64,000 nucleotides of DNA, from positions 151,902,001 to 151,966,000 of the forward strand of contig NC_086097.1 in assembly GCF_963921235.1 (NCBI RefSeq), written 5' to 3'. Of this stretch, positions 51,496 through 64,000 are shown one piece after another. Position numbers and translations under genes: made by a program. Position 1 is the stretch's first letter. Each line of letters starts with the position of its first letter. The notes under the pieces are model-generated. The model was not told the DNA's origin and made no database searches. It saw only the letters and a program-made list of their open reading frames with translations. The DNA is from Mobula hypostoma (Eukaryota).

Positions 51496-52720
51496 AAACA
51501 GAAGACCACAATCTGTGCGGATTGGTGATAACATATCCTCCTCGCTGACAATCAACACTGGCACACCTCAGGTGTGTGCATAGCCCACTGCTCTACTCTC
51601 TATATACATGTGACTGTGTGGCTGGGCATAGCTCAAATACCATCTATAAATTTGCTGACAATACAACCATTGTTGGTAGAATCTCAGGTGGTGACGAGAG
51701 GGCGTACAGGAGTGAGATATGCCAACTAGTGGACTGGTGCCACAGCAACAACCTTGCACTCAACGTCAGGAAGACAAAAGAGCTGATTGTGGACTTCAGG
51801 AAGGGGAAGATGGAGGAACACATACTAATCCTGATATAAGGATCGGAAGTGGAGAAAGTGAGCAGCTTCAAGTTCCTGGGTGTCAAGATCTCTGAGGATC
51901 TAATCTAGTCCCGACATATCGATATTGTTATAAAGGAGGCAAGACAGCAGCTATACTTAGCCAATAGGCTGGTCCTGGACTTATTTCCTGGCATAATTTA
52001 CATATGATTACTTAATTATTTATAGTTTTATATTGCTATAGCTATACTCTATTCTTGGTTGGTGCAACTGTAACAAAACCCAATTTCCCTCGGGATCGAT
52101 AAAGTATGACTATACTTTATTAGGAGTTTGAAGAGATTTGGCATGTAAACAAATACACACAAAAACTTCTATAATTGTACTGTGGAGAGGATTCTGACAG
52201 GCTGCATCACTGTCTGGTATGGAGGGACTACTGCACAGGACCGAAAGAAGCTGCAGAAGTTTGCAAATCTAGTCAGCTCCATCTTGGATACTAGCCTACA
52301 AAGTTCCCAGGACATCTTCAGGGAGCGGTGTCTCAGAAAGGCAGCATCCATTATTAAGAACCTCCAGCACCCAGGGCATGCTCTTTTCTCACTGTTACCA
52401 TCAGGTAGGAGGTACAGTAGGCTGAAGGCACACACTCAGCGATTCAGGAACAGCTTCTTCCCCTCTGCCATCTAATTCCAAAATGGACGTTGAATATTTG
52501 GACACTACCTCACTTTTTTTTAATATACAGTATTTCTGTTCTTGCACTTTAAAAATCTATTCAATATATGTAATTGATTTACTTGTTTATTGATTATTAT
52601 TTTTAAAAATTTTATTATTATTTTTTTCTCTCTGCTAGATTATGTATTGCATTGAAATCTGCTAAGTTAACAGATTTCACATCACATGCTGGTGATAACA
52701 AACCTGATTCTGATTCTGAT
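51496..52720 (+). mobile_element. 5'-truncated Rex1/Babar inserted in CR1 F
   Basis: INTGTPQ, SPLLYSLYT.DC, YKFADNTT, KTKELIVDFRK, LTGCITVWYG, LLPSGRRY. Tail (CTGATT)n. Confidence 0.92.
51959..52109 (+). mobile_element. 151-bp 3'UTR of a second Rex1-type family inserted in Rex1
   Basis: TSD CTATACTT at 51951-51958 and 52110-52117. Ends CAATTTCCCTCGGGATCGATAAAGTATGA. Confidence 0.75.
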
Positions 52721-55700
52721 GTCAGGCTCTGTTACCTATAATTTCCTTGATTCTTCTTAGAGCCTTTCTTGAACAGCAGAACATTAGCTATCCTCCAATC
52801 CTCCAGCACCTCACCTGTTGCCAAGGATGATTTAAAAATGTTTGCTAGGGCCCCTGCAGTTTCTGCATGCCTCCCATGAAGGTCTGAGGAAACATCTTGT
52901 CGGGACCCGGGGATTTGTCCACCCTGATTTGGCTCAACACAGCAAGCACTTTCTCCTCTGTAATCCGTATAGGGTCCATGACCTTGCTGCTGCTTTGCTT
53001 CACTTCCATAGACTCTGTCCATCTCCTGAGTAAATACAGATACAAAAAATCCATTTCAGATCTCACCCATCTCTTCTGGCTCCATGCATACATTAACATT
53101 TTCATCTTTCCGAAGACCAATTTTGTCTCTTGCAATCCCTTTTCTCTTAATATTTCTGTAGAATTCCTTAGTGATGTTCTGCATCTTGTCTGCTAGGGCA
53201 ATGTCATGCTTTCTTTTAGCCCTCCTGATTCCTTTAGGTGTTCTCTTGCTTTGCTTATACTCAAGTACCTCATTTGTTCCTACCTGCCAATGCCTGTTAG
53301 TGCACCTCTTCTTTTTTTTAAACCTGGACCTTAATATTTTTTGAAAGCCAAGTTTCCCTAAACCTGTTGTCCTTGCCTTTTATTCTAACAGGCACTTGCA
53401 TGCTTTGTACTCTCAGAATTTCACTTTTGAAGTCCTCGTACTTACCGAGTAAACCTTTGCCAGAAAACAGCCTGTCCCAATCCACACTTGCCAGATTCTT
53501 TCTGATACCATCAAATTTGGCCTTCCTCCAGTTTAGAATCCCAACCCAAGGACTAGACCTATTCTTTTCCATAATTACCTTGAAACTAATGGCATTAGGA
53601 TCATTAGATGCTGAGTGTTCACCGACACAAACTTTTGTCACCTGCCCTGTCTTATTCCCTTACAGATTAAGTATTGCACACACTGTCATTGGGACTCTTA
53701 TGTATTAATTAAAGAAGTTTCCTGAACACACTCTACATGCTCTATCCCATCTAATCCTTTTACAGCATGGGAGTCCCAGTGAATATATGGAAAGTTAAAA
53801 TCCCCTACAATCACAACCTTATGTTTTCTTGCAACAGTCTGTGATCTCTCTAGAAATTTGTTCCTCTAAATCTGTAGGACTGTTGGGTGGTCAACATAAT
53901 TCTATTAAGGTGGTCATACCTTTCTTATTTCTCATTTCCACCTACAAGGCCTCACTAGACAAGTTCTCCAGTCAGTCCTGACTGAGCACTGCTATTGTAT
54001 TTTCCCTGATGAGTAACATCACAGTTCCTCCTTTAATCCCTCCTGCTCTATCACGTTTAAAGCAAAACTACCCCAGAATATTGAGCTGCCAGTCCTGCGA
54101 TCAAGCCTCACCAATGGCTGCAATATCATAATTCCATGTTTTGATCCATGCTGAGCTCATCTGCATTTCCTACAATACTTCTTGCATTGCAATATATGCA
54201 ACTTAGAACGTTAGTCCCATCATGCTCAAGCTTTAAATTCGTGACTTTGTTTGAGTTTTTAACATCTGTCTCCACAACCACTCTACTATCTGTTCTGGCA
54301 CTCTGGTTCACAGCCCCCCAGTGCAGTACCAGTAAACCCGATTACCACATCTCACCTGTTCTCTCCCTTCCATTCTGAGCCACCAAGCCAGATTCAGTGC
54401 CAGAGAAAAGACCACTGTAACTTTCCTCTGTTAGGTCATTCACCTCCTCTCCCCCCCACCCCCCCCAGCAGTATCCAATGTGGTATTCCTGTTGTTAAGG
54501 GGACAGCCACAAGGATACTCTGCAATATCTGTTTAATCCTTTTCATCCTGAATGTCACCCAGTTTTCTCCAGTTTGGATGTAACTGCTTCTCTATATGTC
54601 CTATCTATCACCCCCTCAGCCTCCCAAATGATTTGGCATTCATTCAGTTCCAGCTCCAATTCTTTTACACAGTGTTAGAAGCTGCAACTGGATGCACTTC
54701 TTGCAGGTGAATTTGTCAGGGACACTGCCTTCCCACATCCCATTTTCCAACTATCCTGTCTGAAGTCCCTGCTGCTCTTACTGTACAATTATAAAGAAGG
54801 AAATAATAAATAAACTGAAAAAATCTACCTAAAACTTTTTTGCCTTCAAAGAAGTAAAGCATCAAATCCCCTCTCTAACACCATCCACTCCAGCAATGGC
54901 CACTCTGTTTACCCCGCCTTATTTTTATTTGCCCTTACTAATGAATTATGATCTCTGATTGGCTGCTGTTCAAATTCCGAGCTTCCTGCAAAGGGCTGAT
55001 TTTTAAAGCGCACTTGCCTATCTGTGAGTCACCATTCTTCTTTCTCCTGATATCTGATTGGCTACTGTTCAAATACTGAATAACCTTATAGGTAATTTAA
55101 CTAAATATGTTAGTTAAATTACCATACAATTTTCATTAATTTAAGTTCCTGAATGCTATTGATCTCTCTGTACCTATACCCACTGAGAGCACCAGTCCAA
55201 TTTATAGCACTGAAACAGGAGATCTCCCATTGGCCAAACAAATATTTCTTCACCCCTTCCCTCCTCCTTGCAATAATTAGTCTCCTGAGTGCTTGTTCTC
55301 AGGGACCCTAATTCTTACTTTCTTTCCTTATCAGTTCAAACAGTTGTGTTTGATTTCATTGGCGCTGACCTATTTGGCTAACATGTGACTACTTTTCATT
55401 GGTACTGGTCCAACACTACAAGCAGAATTACTTTATTGCTCTTCCACCAGAACTGCATCTCTTGTCACTTTGTTCTCTGTGAGACAGAGCAGTTCAAACA
55501 ACTTTACCCCGGTCAACTAGTGGCTGGGCTCAGGTTACTTCAGGTCACATACTGTCGATTCATAAGCCTGCAGCTTCTATCTTACCAAAGAACATCTTAA
55601 AGATAACCTACTTGGAAATGTTCTCTGGTTTAGTAGATTATCAGCAGGGGCATCATTGTGTTCTCTTTTAATTGCTTTGATCCATCTGTCTCTGAGCAAA

Positions 55701-56819
55701 GCCAGTTTACAAAAATAGAGGCTGCAGAACATTCTCACAAAATGGCAGTCTGCCTTCCATCCACTACACAGCAAGAACAAAGATATTTGCTTTATTTACT
55801 TCCATTGTCCTTGAATTGTTTCTGTTGGTTGTTTTTTTTAAATCTATATTGTAATTCCAATATGGCCAACATTTCACTAACTCCATGTCCTTTGATTCTA
55901 ATAATATCCAAATGCTTGTCGCTTTCTATTTTAAATACACTTAGCGACTAAGACTTCATAGCCATTTTTGATAGAGAATTCCAAACATAACTTTTCTTTG
56001 GGGAATTCCCATTAAATCTGTACAAGTTAGTTTTTAATGCCTGTCCTTAATGCTCACACACATAAAAAAATCACTTTCCACATTTTATGTGTTTGACTAT
56101 TTTAGTATAAATCCTCACCCGTAAGGTCCTAAGAATATCTCCCCGTCAGTGATAATTTTGTCATCTGAAAGCTTTGAAATTATGTTCTGTATGTAGAGTT
56201 AAAGTCACTTACACGCATAATACCAAAACTTGCAATGGCATCAATGTAAAACTCCAAAAGGTCTGATGAAAACTTTGCGTGATGGACAGACACAGAGTCT
56301 ATGGGCCTCTTCCAGCTGCTCCTAGCTTTGGGATTATGGGCTCAGTTTTGATCTGAATACTGATACTTGCTTTATCGTTTGCATGATTTGATTTGATTTT
56401 TTTTCTCTCTGCACATTAGGTGTTGGCCTTTTTTAAAAAAAATAGGTTCCTTCAGGTTTCTTGTTTTGTGGCTGCCAAATCTCTGGGTTGTATAATTTAT
56501 ACATACCTTAATAATAAAATGTACTTCAAATTTTGAACAACTGATAAACAGTGGTCTCTGTATTAAGATAATTCAGTTTCTCTTTAAACCTCTGTCCTTC
56601 AATTTTCCTAACAGGTTTACTATATTACACTTTATCAAATGCCCTTGGAAAATCCATATATCTGCTTATCAAGTAATTTAATTAGTTTAGTTAAATATCA
56701 TTTGTTTACAATCAATCCAAATTTTCATTTAACTATGAACCCACAATTTTTTGATACCAATGAACTTTCACCTGAAATAACCTCTCTGCTGGTTTCACCT
56801 TGACTTTAGGTTGGCTGAT

Positions 56820-57235
56820 TTTTTTTTTGACAGCCTATTACATTGCAGGTGTTTAGGACAGGAATGAAGGTTCTCCATCTCGGTCTGTGTGGCAGTGTTC
56901 AGGGCTTCCTTCATCATGTCAGTAGCTTCCTCTCGGTTTTCACTAATGTCAGTCATGCAAGTCCCGGATGAATATGTCGCACTCAGATGCAGAAAGATTC
57001 CTCAATTGCTGCTTCAATAACAATTTTGTTTTACCGGTCAGGGTTGTTAGCCCTGAGCGGAACCCTTGAACCCAGAGGACCAGTGGACCACTCTTAGTCT
57101 GTTTCTACCCTTTGACCTGTTTGCTGTGGGTGACCCTACCAACAGCCAAATGATAAAGTCTTGACTCCAGCCAGATCAGCTCTCTGGGCCATTGAGGCAC
57201 ACCAAACCACAACAAGGTTGTGGTCCTCTTGGAGA
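56820..57235 (-). mobile_element. Non-autonomous bipartite RTE element (5'UTR and ORF start fused to ORF 3' end)
   Basis: TSD GGCTGAT at 56813-19 and 57236-42. RTE/Rex3-type 5'UTR ACCTTGTTGTGG..TGGTAGGGTCACCCA..CAGGTCAAAGGG..CAGACTAAGAG. 3' RWRTFI..LN followed by polyA. Confidence 0.75.
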
Positions 57236-59736
57236 GGCTGATCTATAGTTGTTGGGTTAAACCTTCTCACATCTTTTCCTCCCAAAGTGTAGCATTTTTT
57301 TTTCTATACCTATCTGCTGAGGATAACCTAAGTGCCCTCAGACAGGCTTCAATCTGCTTAATGTTTGCTCAGTAGATTACCCCTGAACTCTTGAAAAAGT
57401 TTATTAAATCCACTGCGAAAGTTATGTAAGTGCAATTGTTTGAAATAATTTGGCATAACATGTCATGTGAAATGACTAAAGATTGGTATAAAATACTGTA
57501 AACTGTTGCATTCTAACATAACATCTGTATTCCGTGCATATCTTATACAACTTTATTCTTTAGCTATAACCAATCTGTAAATCTGTGTGGATGTGCAACT
57601 CTGTTGGTATTCCACTGGAAATTAGGCTGTAACTTTTTTATTTGTTGTTTAACTCCAAAAGGTCTTGGATGAAACTCATGCTGGGTATCACTCAGAATGA
57701 AGGAGGTTTCTATCAATAACTTTTTATAGTCTTCCTGAACTATACTTACGTTATAATCCAAAGATTACACTTCTGACAATCTGTCTGACACCAATTCCCC
57801 GTTAGATTCTACTACTTTCATCCTGATGGTCTGTTGTATGACCCTAACCACTTCAACACAGAAATGCTTTGTGTTTGATGTTGGCACAGTAAAACTGCTT
57901 TGATGAGGAACAGGGATAAATTTATCAGCACTTTGAAAATCTGTCCACTGATACAATATTTGGATTCTTGCAGTTTTGAATCAATGTATTTTAGACACAC
58001 CACTGCACTGTACTCTAATTTATATACTGTCATTAATAAGTTGCAAAGATCCAGAAAGAGAAGTATACTTACATATAAAGTTCTTCAAGATTGCCTTTCA
58101 GTTCAAAGATTGTTTGAAAAGTTCAGCAGAGACACACCATGATCTGTGTATTCTTCCTTAAGGCATAACTACACTGAAGTTTAATGCTTGCAGTTCTCCA
58201 GTGTCTAATACCACTTAGAGTACTGAGGACAATTGAAGGGTTGTTGCTGGAGTTTCTGTAATTTCCAAATTTTATTTCCTTTGCAAGCTTGGACACATCC
58301 CAGACAAACATAAGTGACTTTTCCATTTTGGCACCACCAGACTTTCATTCCCTATGTGTGTCTAAATTTTCGTTGACTTTGACCCCTACTTTTTTTTTTG
58401 CATCTTATTAGTGAAATCTATTGCCACTAATTTATTGAATACTTCATCCAAGACACCAACTTTCAAATAAAGATTTCCTTTTAAATCCTGTATTTTTTTT
58501 CCTATATTATTGAATATGTTTGGCTCTATTTCATGTTAACTGTGAAGTATCTTATCCTCCTTTTGCGACACTTTTCTTCATTTTTATAGTCAGTGAGTCA
58601 CAGAGTTATTGAGTTGTGGAGCTCAGAAATGGGCTCTTTGCCCCACCATATCCATGCTGGTCTTTTGGTCGTCAACATGAATTGAATTTGTCCACATTAG
58701 ATCTGTACTTTTCCAATGCTTGCCTATTTAAGAGTCTATCTAGACATCACTTGAATGTAGTGATTGTATCTGACTCTACCACCTCTTTCTTCATCAGTAT
58801 GTATAAGACCCAATGACAGAGTGTGCAGAACTCGATCTGCTATTAGGAAACGAGAGAAGGCAGGCGAAAGATGTAACTGCATCTAGTAACCACAATACCA
58901 TTAGTTTCAAAGTAAATGTGCAAAAAGATAGATTTCGTCTGTAGGTTGACACTCTAAATTGGAGAAAGGCTAAATTTGATGGTATCAGAACTGATATGGC
59001 AAGTGTGGATTGGGATGGGCTGTTTCTGGCATTGGTATAGGTGGAATGTGGGAGGGGCCTTCAAAACTGAAATTTTGGGAGTACAAAGCTTGTTATGTGC
59101 CTGTCAGAGTAAAAGGTAAAGATAACAAGTGTAGGAAACCTTGGTTTTTAAGAGATGTTGAGGAAGTGTTTCAGGAGAAAAAGGAGGTGCATAGCAGGTA
59201 TAGGCAGGCAGGTACAGATGAGGTGCTTATGTAGTATGCAACACTTAATCAATAAATCAGAAGGGCTAAAAGAAGACATGATGTTGCTTTACCAGACAAG
59301 GTGAAAGAGAATCCTGAGGCATTCTACAGATATATTAAGAGCAAAAGGATTGCAAGGGACAGAACTGGTCATCTGGAAGATCAGAATGATAATCCATGTA
59401 TGGAGCCAAAACAGATGAGGGAGATCATAAATACATTTTTTGCATCTGTATTTACTCAGAAGATGGACACAGAGTCTATAGAAGTGAAGCAAAACAGCAT
59501 CAACTTCATGGACCCTGTAGAGATTACAGAGGAGGAGGTCTTTGCTTCCTGAGGCAAATCATGGTGGATAAATCCCCAGAACCTGACAAGGTGTTCCCTC
59601 GGACCGTATGGAAGGCAAGTGCAAAAATTGCTGAGTCCCTAGCAGAGGTATTAAAATCATTGTTAGTAACAGTAGAGGTAATGGAGGATTGGAGGATTGC
59701 CAATATTGTTCAGCTGTTTTTAAAAAAAAAAGGTCT

Positions 59737-60012
59737 TGTGGCGACCCACTTTCTAGCACACACGAACTGGTGCACGCCGGCAGAGAGGCCGGCCCCAAAA
59801 AGGGCGCCAGGCCATCTTCACCAGCAGGGGGAAAATCCCGCGCGCAGAAAGGGTCTGTGATTATGCATTCCCCACAGCAGTCCTGCGCAGGGAGGGCAGG
59901 AATGGGAAGGCTTTAAAGCAGGCCGCAAAGTTTGAATAAGTCTCTTTTATCACAACCCTAACTCACCGACTCCGTGTGGTTATTCTAGCGCTGTGTGTAG
60001 CACACCGCTACA
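59737..60012 (+). repeat. Gypsy 5' LTR (276 bp, the only LTR present)
   Basis: TGTGGCG...CGCTACA termini (imperfect inverted repeat), followed after 2 nt by the PBS. Confidence 0.85.
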
Positions 60013-60014
60013 AT

Positions 60015-60028
60015 TGGTGACCCCGACG
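60015..60028 (+). promoter_or_regulatory. Primer binding site, tRNA-Trp
   Basis: TGGTGACCCCGACG is complementary to the vertebrate tRNA-Trp 3' end (same as the avian leukosis virus PBS). Confidence 0.85.
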
Positions 60029-60052
60029 GCCCAAACGATATTTGGACCAGAG

Positions 60053-62970
60053 ATGACCTACGCCACATCTGTTCACGCAGTTTCATTAAGACTGCCAAGT
60101 TTCTGGACGCTGCGACTCCAATTATGGTTCGAACAAGCAGAAGCACAATTCCACATTCGGCAGATAACCTCGGATTCCACTCGTTACTACTACGTGCTGA
60201 GCTCCCTCGACCAGGAGACAGCTGCACAAGTTGAGGAGTTTATACAGTCGCCCCCGGAGAACGGCAAATACACAGCATTCAAAGCCCTGCTCATAAGGAC
60301 TTTCGGACTCATGGCGCGATCGAGCACACCGCTTAATGCACCTGGATGGTTTGGGAGACAGGCCGCCGTCGGCATTAATGAACGAGATGCTGGCCCTGGC
60401 TGAAGGACACAAACCCTGCCTCATGTTTGAGCAGGCGTTCCTGGAGCAACTGCCCGAGGACATGTGCCTGCTGCTGTCCGAAGCAGATTTCAGCAACCCC
60501 CGGGAGGTGGCAGCCTGGGTAGATGTGCTGTGGAATGCCAGGAAGGAGAGGGGGCATCCATTGCACAGATCACCAAGCCGCGTGCCCAACGACAGACCAG
60601 ACCAGGCCCGGCAGCAGAGCCTACAAAACCCGGTGACGGGAGTGAGGAGCCCAACGAACTATGGTGCTTCTACCACCAGCGGTGGGGCACAGAGGCCCGC
60701 CGCTGTAGACCACCCTGCAAGTTCCCGGGAAACGCCAGGGCCAGCCGTCGCTGATGGCTCCTGTATGTCTGGGACAAGCAGTCGGGACGTCGCTTTTTGG
60801 TCGACACCGGAGTGGAGATCAGCATCTTACCTCCAACGATTTACAACACCCGCAACAGAGAACCGGGACCCACCCCAAGGGTCGCAGATGGCAGCACAAT
60901 ACGAACCTACGGCACCCGCATGGTGCGGCTACAGTTCAGCTCCAGCCGGTTCACGTGAGACTTCACACTGGCCGCCGTGGTCCAACCACTCCTGGGGGAG
61001 GATTTTCTGCGAGCCTACAGCCTGCTGGTCGACCTGCAAGGGAAGTGATTAGTCCACGCCAGGACTTTTCAAACGTTCTCCCTGGGTGAAGCCAAGTTGC
61101 CAGCCCCACACCTGGACTCCATCACGCTGTCCGACGATGAATTCACCAGGGTCCTGGTGGATTTCCCATCAGTACTGACACTGCAGTTCACGGCAGCCAT
61201 GCCCAGACACGGAGTACAGCACCACATCCCGACCCAGGGACCACCCCTCCACGCCCGTGCTCGAAGGCTTCCCCCGGACAAGCTCCGACTGGCGAAGGAG
61301 GAGTTCAAGAAGATGGAGGAATTGGGGACCGTACAACAGTCCGACAGCCCATGGGCCTCCCCCCTGCACATGGTGCCCAAGGCAACGGATGACTACCGCA
61401 GACTGAACGAGGCCACAACGCCAGACCACTACCCTGTGCCGCACATTCAAATCTTCGCAGCAAACCTACACGGCGTAAGGATCTTTTCCAAGGTAGACCT
61501 CATCCGGGGATACATCCAGACGACATCCCCAAAACAGCACTCATCACCCCGTTCGGCCTTTTCGAATTCCTCTGAATGCCGTTCGGTCTAAAGAATGCCA
61601 CACAGACGTTCCAGCAGCTAATGGACGCAGTGGGACGTGACCTGGACTTTGCATTCATCTATTTGGACGACATCCTCATAGCCAGCAGTAGTTGTCAGGA
61701 CCATCTGTCCCACCTCCACCAGCTCTACTCCCGCCTGAGTGAATTCGGCCTTACAATCAACCCAGCCAAATGCCAGTTCGGACTCGACACCATCGACTTC
61801 CTGGGTCACAGGATTACTAAAGACAGGGCAACCCCACTGCCCGCCAAGGTAGTCGCAGTCCGCCACTTCCCCCGACCCAACACAATCAAAGGCCTGCAGG
61901 AATTCGTGGGTATGGTGAATTTCTACCACCGTTTCCGCCCCTCAGCAGCCCGAACCATGCGCCCCCTGTTCACTCTAATGTTGGGTAAGGGCAAGGACAT
62001 TACCTGGGACGAAGAGGCCGCAGCCGCTTTCGTTAAAACCAAAGAAGCCTTGGCAAACGCCGCGATGCTAGTGCACCGCAGAACGGACGTTCCTACTGCC
62101 CTCACGGTGGATGCATCCAACACAGCAGTTGGTGGAGTGCTGGAACAACTCATCGAGGGTCGCTGGCAACCCCTGGCATTCTTCAGCAAACACCTACGAC
62201 CACCTGAACTCAAATACAGTGCTCTCGACCGGGAGCTATTGGCACTATACCTGGCAATCCGGCATTTCAGATACTTCTTAGAAGGTAGGCTCTTCACCGC
62301 GTTCACGGACCACAAACCACTTACCTTCGCATTCACGAAGGTGTCCGACCCCTGGTCGTCCTGCCAGCAGCGACATCTGTCCTACATCTCCGAGTACATG
62401 ACGGACATCCGGCATGTCTCGGGAAAGGACAACGTCGTGGCAGACGCACTATCCAGACCTACCGTACAGGCCCTGTCCCAGGGGGTGGACTATGCAGCGC
62501 TGGCAGAGGCACAGCAGGCAGACGCTGAGATCCCCAGTTACAGGACTGCGGTCTCCGGTTTGCAGCTCCAAGACCTCCCCGTAGGCCCAGGTGAGAGGAC
62601 CGTACTATGTGACGTAGCTACCGGCCTACCCCGCCCCATCGTCCCAGCAGCCTGGCGCTGGCGGGTTTTCGAATCCATTCACAACTTAGCTCGCCCCTCC
62701 ATCAGGACAACTGTCCAGCTGGTCTCCAACAGATTCGTGTGGCATGGACTGCGTAAACAGGTCAGTGAATGGGCCAAAACGTGCATGCAGTGCCAAACGG
62801 CCAAGGTGCAGCGGCACACCAAGGCTCCGCCACAGCAGTTCGAACCCACCCGCCGGAGGTTCGACCACATTCATGTGGATATCGTGGGGCCCCTGCCAGT
62901 GTCGAGAGGAGCGCGGTATCTCCTAACTATGATAGACCACTTCACCAGATGGCTAGAGGCAGTCCCGCTC
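60053..62970 (+). pseudogene. Gypsy gag-pol, several frameshifts and stops
   Basis: ORF pieces 59993-60403, 60336-, 60464-60754, 61097-61591 and 61576-63087. Confidence 0.92.
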
Positions 62971-63789
62971 AAGTTTGCAGATGACACCAGGATTGGGGGT
63001 GTAGTGGACAGTGAAGAATGCTATCGTGGTTTGCAGTGGGATCTGCGTCAGCTGGAAAAGTGGTCAAAAATGGCAGATAGAATTTAATGTGGACAAGTGT
63101 GTCATTGGGAAGGACCAACGAAGGTGGGTCTTACACAGTGAATGGTAGGGCACTGGGGAGTGTGGTAGAACAAAGAAATCTGGAAACACAGGTTCATAAT
63201 TCATTGGAAGTGGCATCACAGGCAGAAAAGGTGGTAAAGAAAGCTTTTGGCACATTGGCCTTCATAAATCAAAGTATTGAGTACTGGAGATAAGATGCTA
63301 TGTTGAAGTTGTGTAAGATGTTGGTGAGACCTAATTTGGAGTATTGAGTGCAATTTGGGTCACCTACCTACAGGAAAGATGTAAACAACATTAAAAGAGT
63401 ACCGAAAAAATTTACAAGGATGTTACCAGGTCCTCCAGACCTGGTTTATAAGGAAGGATTGAATAGGTTAGGATTTAATTCCTTAGAACGTCGAAGAATG
63501 AAAGAAGATCTGATAGGTTTTTTCCATTGATGTTGGGTGGGACTACAACCAGAAGGCATGGGTTAATGGTGAATGGTGAAAAGTTTAAGGGGAACATGAA
63601 AAGAAACTTCTTCACTCAGAGGGGTGTCAGAGTGTGAAATGAGCTTCCAGCACAAAAGTTGCATGTGAGCTCGATTTCAAAGTTTAAGAGAAGTTTGGTT
63701 AGGAACATGGATGGTGTGGGTATGGAGGACTAGGGTCCCATTCCATGTTGATAGGAGTAGGCAGTTTAATTAGTTTTTCATTTAAAAAA

Positions 63790-64000
63790 GCAAAAATAGC
63801 ATGCAGTCAGACTGCCAGGAACGGCAAGCAGATGTTAGAACATAATTGCAGCCAGCTGGGTGAGTATCAGTGCATTAGAGATGCAGAATCAAAAAGAGTA
63901 GCAAATGCAGCATGCAGACTGTTGTATCCCAATGATCAGAGTATAAGAAATAAGGTGGATGATCTTGTTGCACTATTACAACTTGTCAGGTCTGATGTTG
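63790..64000 (+). mobile_element. CR1 ORF2 5' (APE start) fragment running off the window
   Basis: N..SIRNKVDDLVALLQLVRSDV, comparable to NARSIRNKVDEL in CR1 D. Confidence 0.6.

Larger units (their letters stand above)
50170..55080 (-). mobile_element. Old CR1 'F' with deletions. Own sequence at 50170-51495 and 52718-55080
   Basis: RT and APE pieces (50176-50844, 52732-53641, YCNARSIVG at 54126-54311), ORF1 remnants, and a 5'UTR with two CAGCCAATCAGA-type CCAAT blocks. Confidence 0.85.
59737..62970 (+). mobile_element. Ty3/Gypsy LTR retrotransposon, 3'-truncated within integrase
   Basis: LTR, PBS, gag (LRLPSFW..WFEQAEAQF), protease (FLVDTGVEIS), RT (WASPLHMVPK, DYRRLN, YLDDIL), RNase H (VDAS, TDHKPL), integrase (C..CQ, HVDIVGPLP), in Gypsy order. 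GC-rich. Confidence 0.96.
58815..63770 (+). mobile_element. CR1 'G'. Own sequence at 58815-59736 and 62971-63770, interrupted by Gypsy and internally deleted
   Basis: LDLLLGNE, KENPEAFYRYIKSKR, EDWRIANIVQLF..KG, then resumes at KFADDTRIGGVVDSEE and runs to the 3'UTR. Confidence 0.9.

Noticed and set aside
55577..55780. LRDRWIKAIKRE, resembling a THAP or PH helix
   Set aside because: THAP C2CH residues and the CS.HF motif are absent, and there is no splice support.
57564..58326. Cluster of short ORFs and GTAAGT donors, including NLEELY (LRR-like)
   Set aside because: All frames have several stops, no suitable acceptors are present, and no family motif was recognised.
1..64000. CRISPR arrays, rRNA, true tRNA genes, prokaryotic operons
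   Set aside because: None seen. The tRNA-like segments are SINE heads, and the short tandem repeats are LINE tails.

Overview
Eukaryotic, repeat-dominated window. The repeat repertoire suggests a cartilaginous fish, probably a ray (inference): HE1-type V-SINEs, CR1 LINEs with zinc-finger/esterase ORF1, Rex1/Babar, RTE, Neptune-type Penelope and Gypsy. I could not identify an intact host gene. The window reads as a large intron or intergenic tract, with one plausible 48-nt cassette exon at 463-510. Nearly all long ORFs in the track are TE pseudogenes or their antisense shadows. Main structures: (i) a nested stack of four CR1 insertions at 7.4-18.3 kb whose innermost element is full-length and young (12820-17362), with tandem 5'UTR monomers; (ii) a near-full-length CR1 (42.7-48.2 kb) carrying a young Penelope insertion with a 13-bp TSD, an inverted pLTR and an intact minimal hammerhead ribozyme; (iii) three Rex1/Babar copies; (iv) a Gypsy element whose 3' end was deleted and fused in frame to a CR1 RT. 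The most interesting signals are a conserved U_UUA_AAC -1 frameshift heptamer at the ORF1/ORF2 junction of two CR1s whose ORF2 has no usable AUG, a Penelope inverted pLTR that ends at the predicted hammerhead cleavage site, and an apparent ORF1 module swap between CR1 lineages. Boundaries of old elements are approximate and read by eye.
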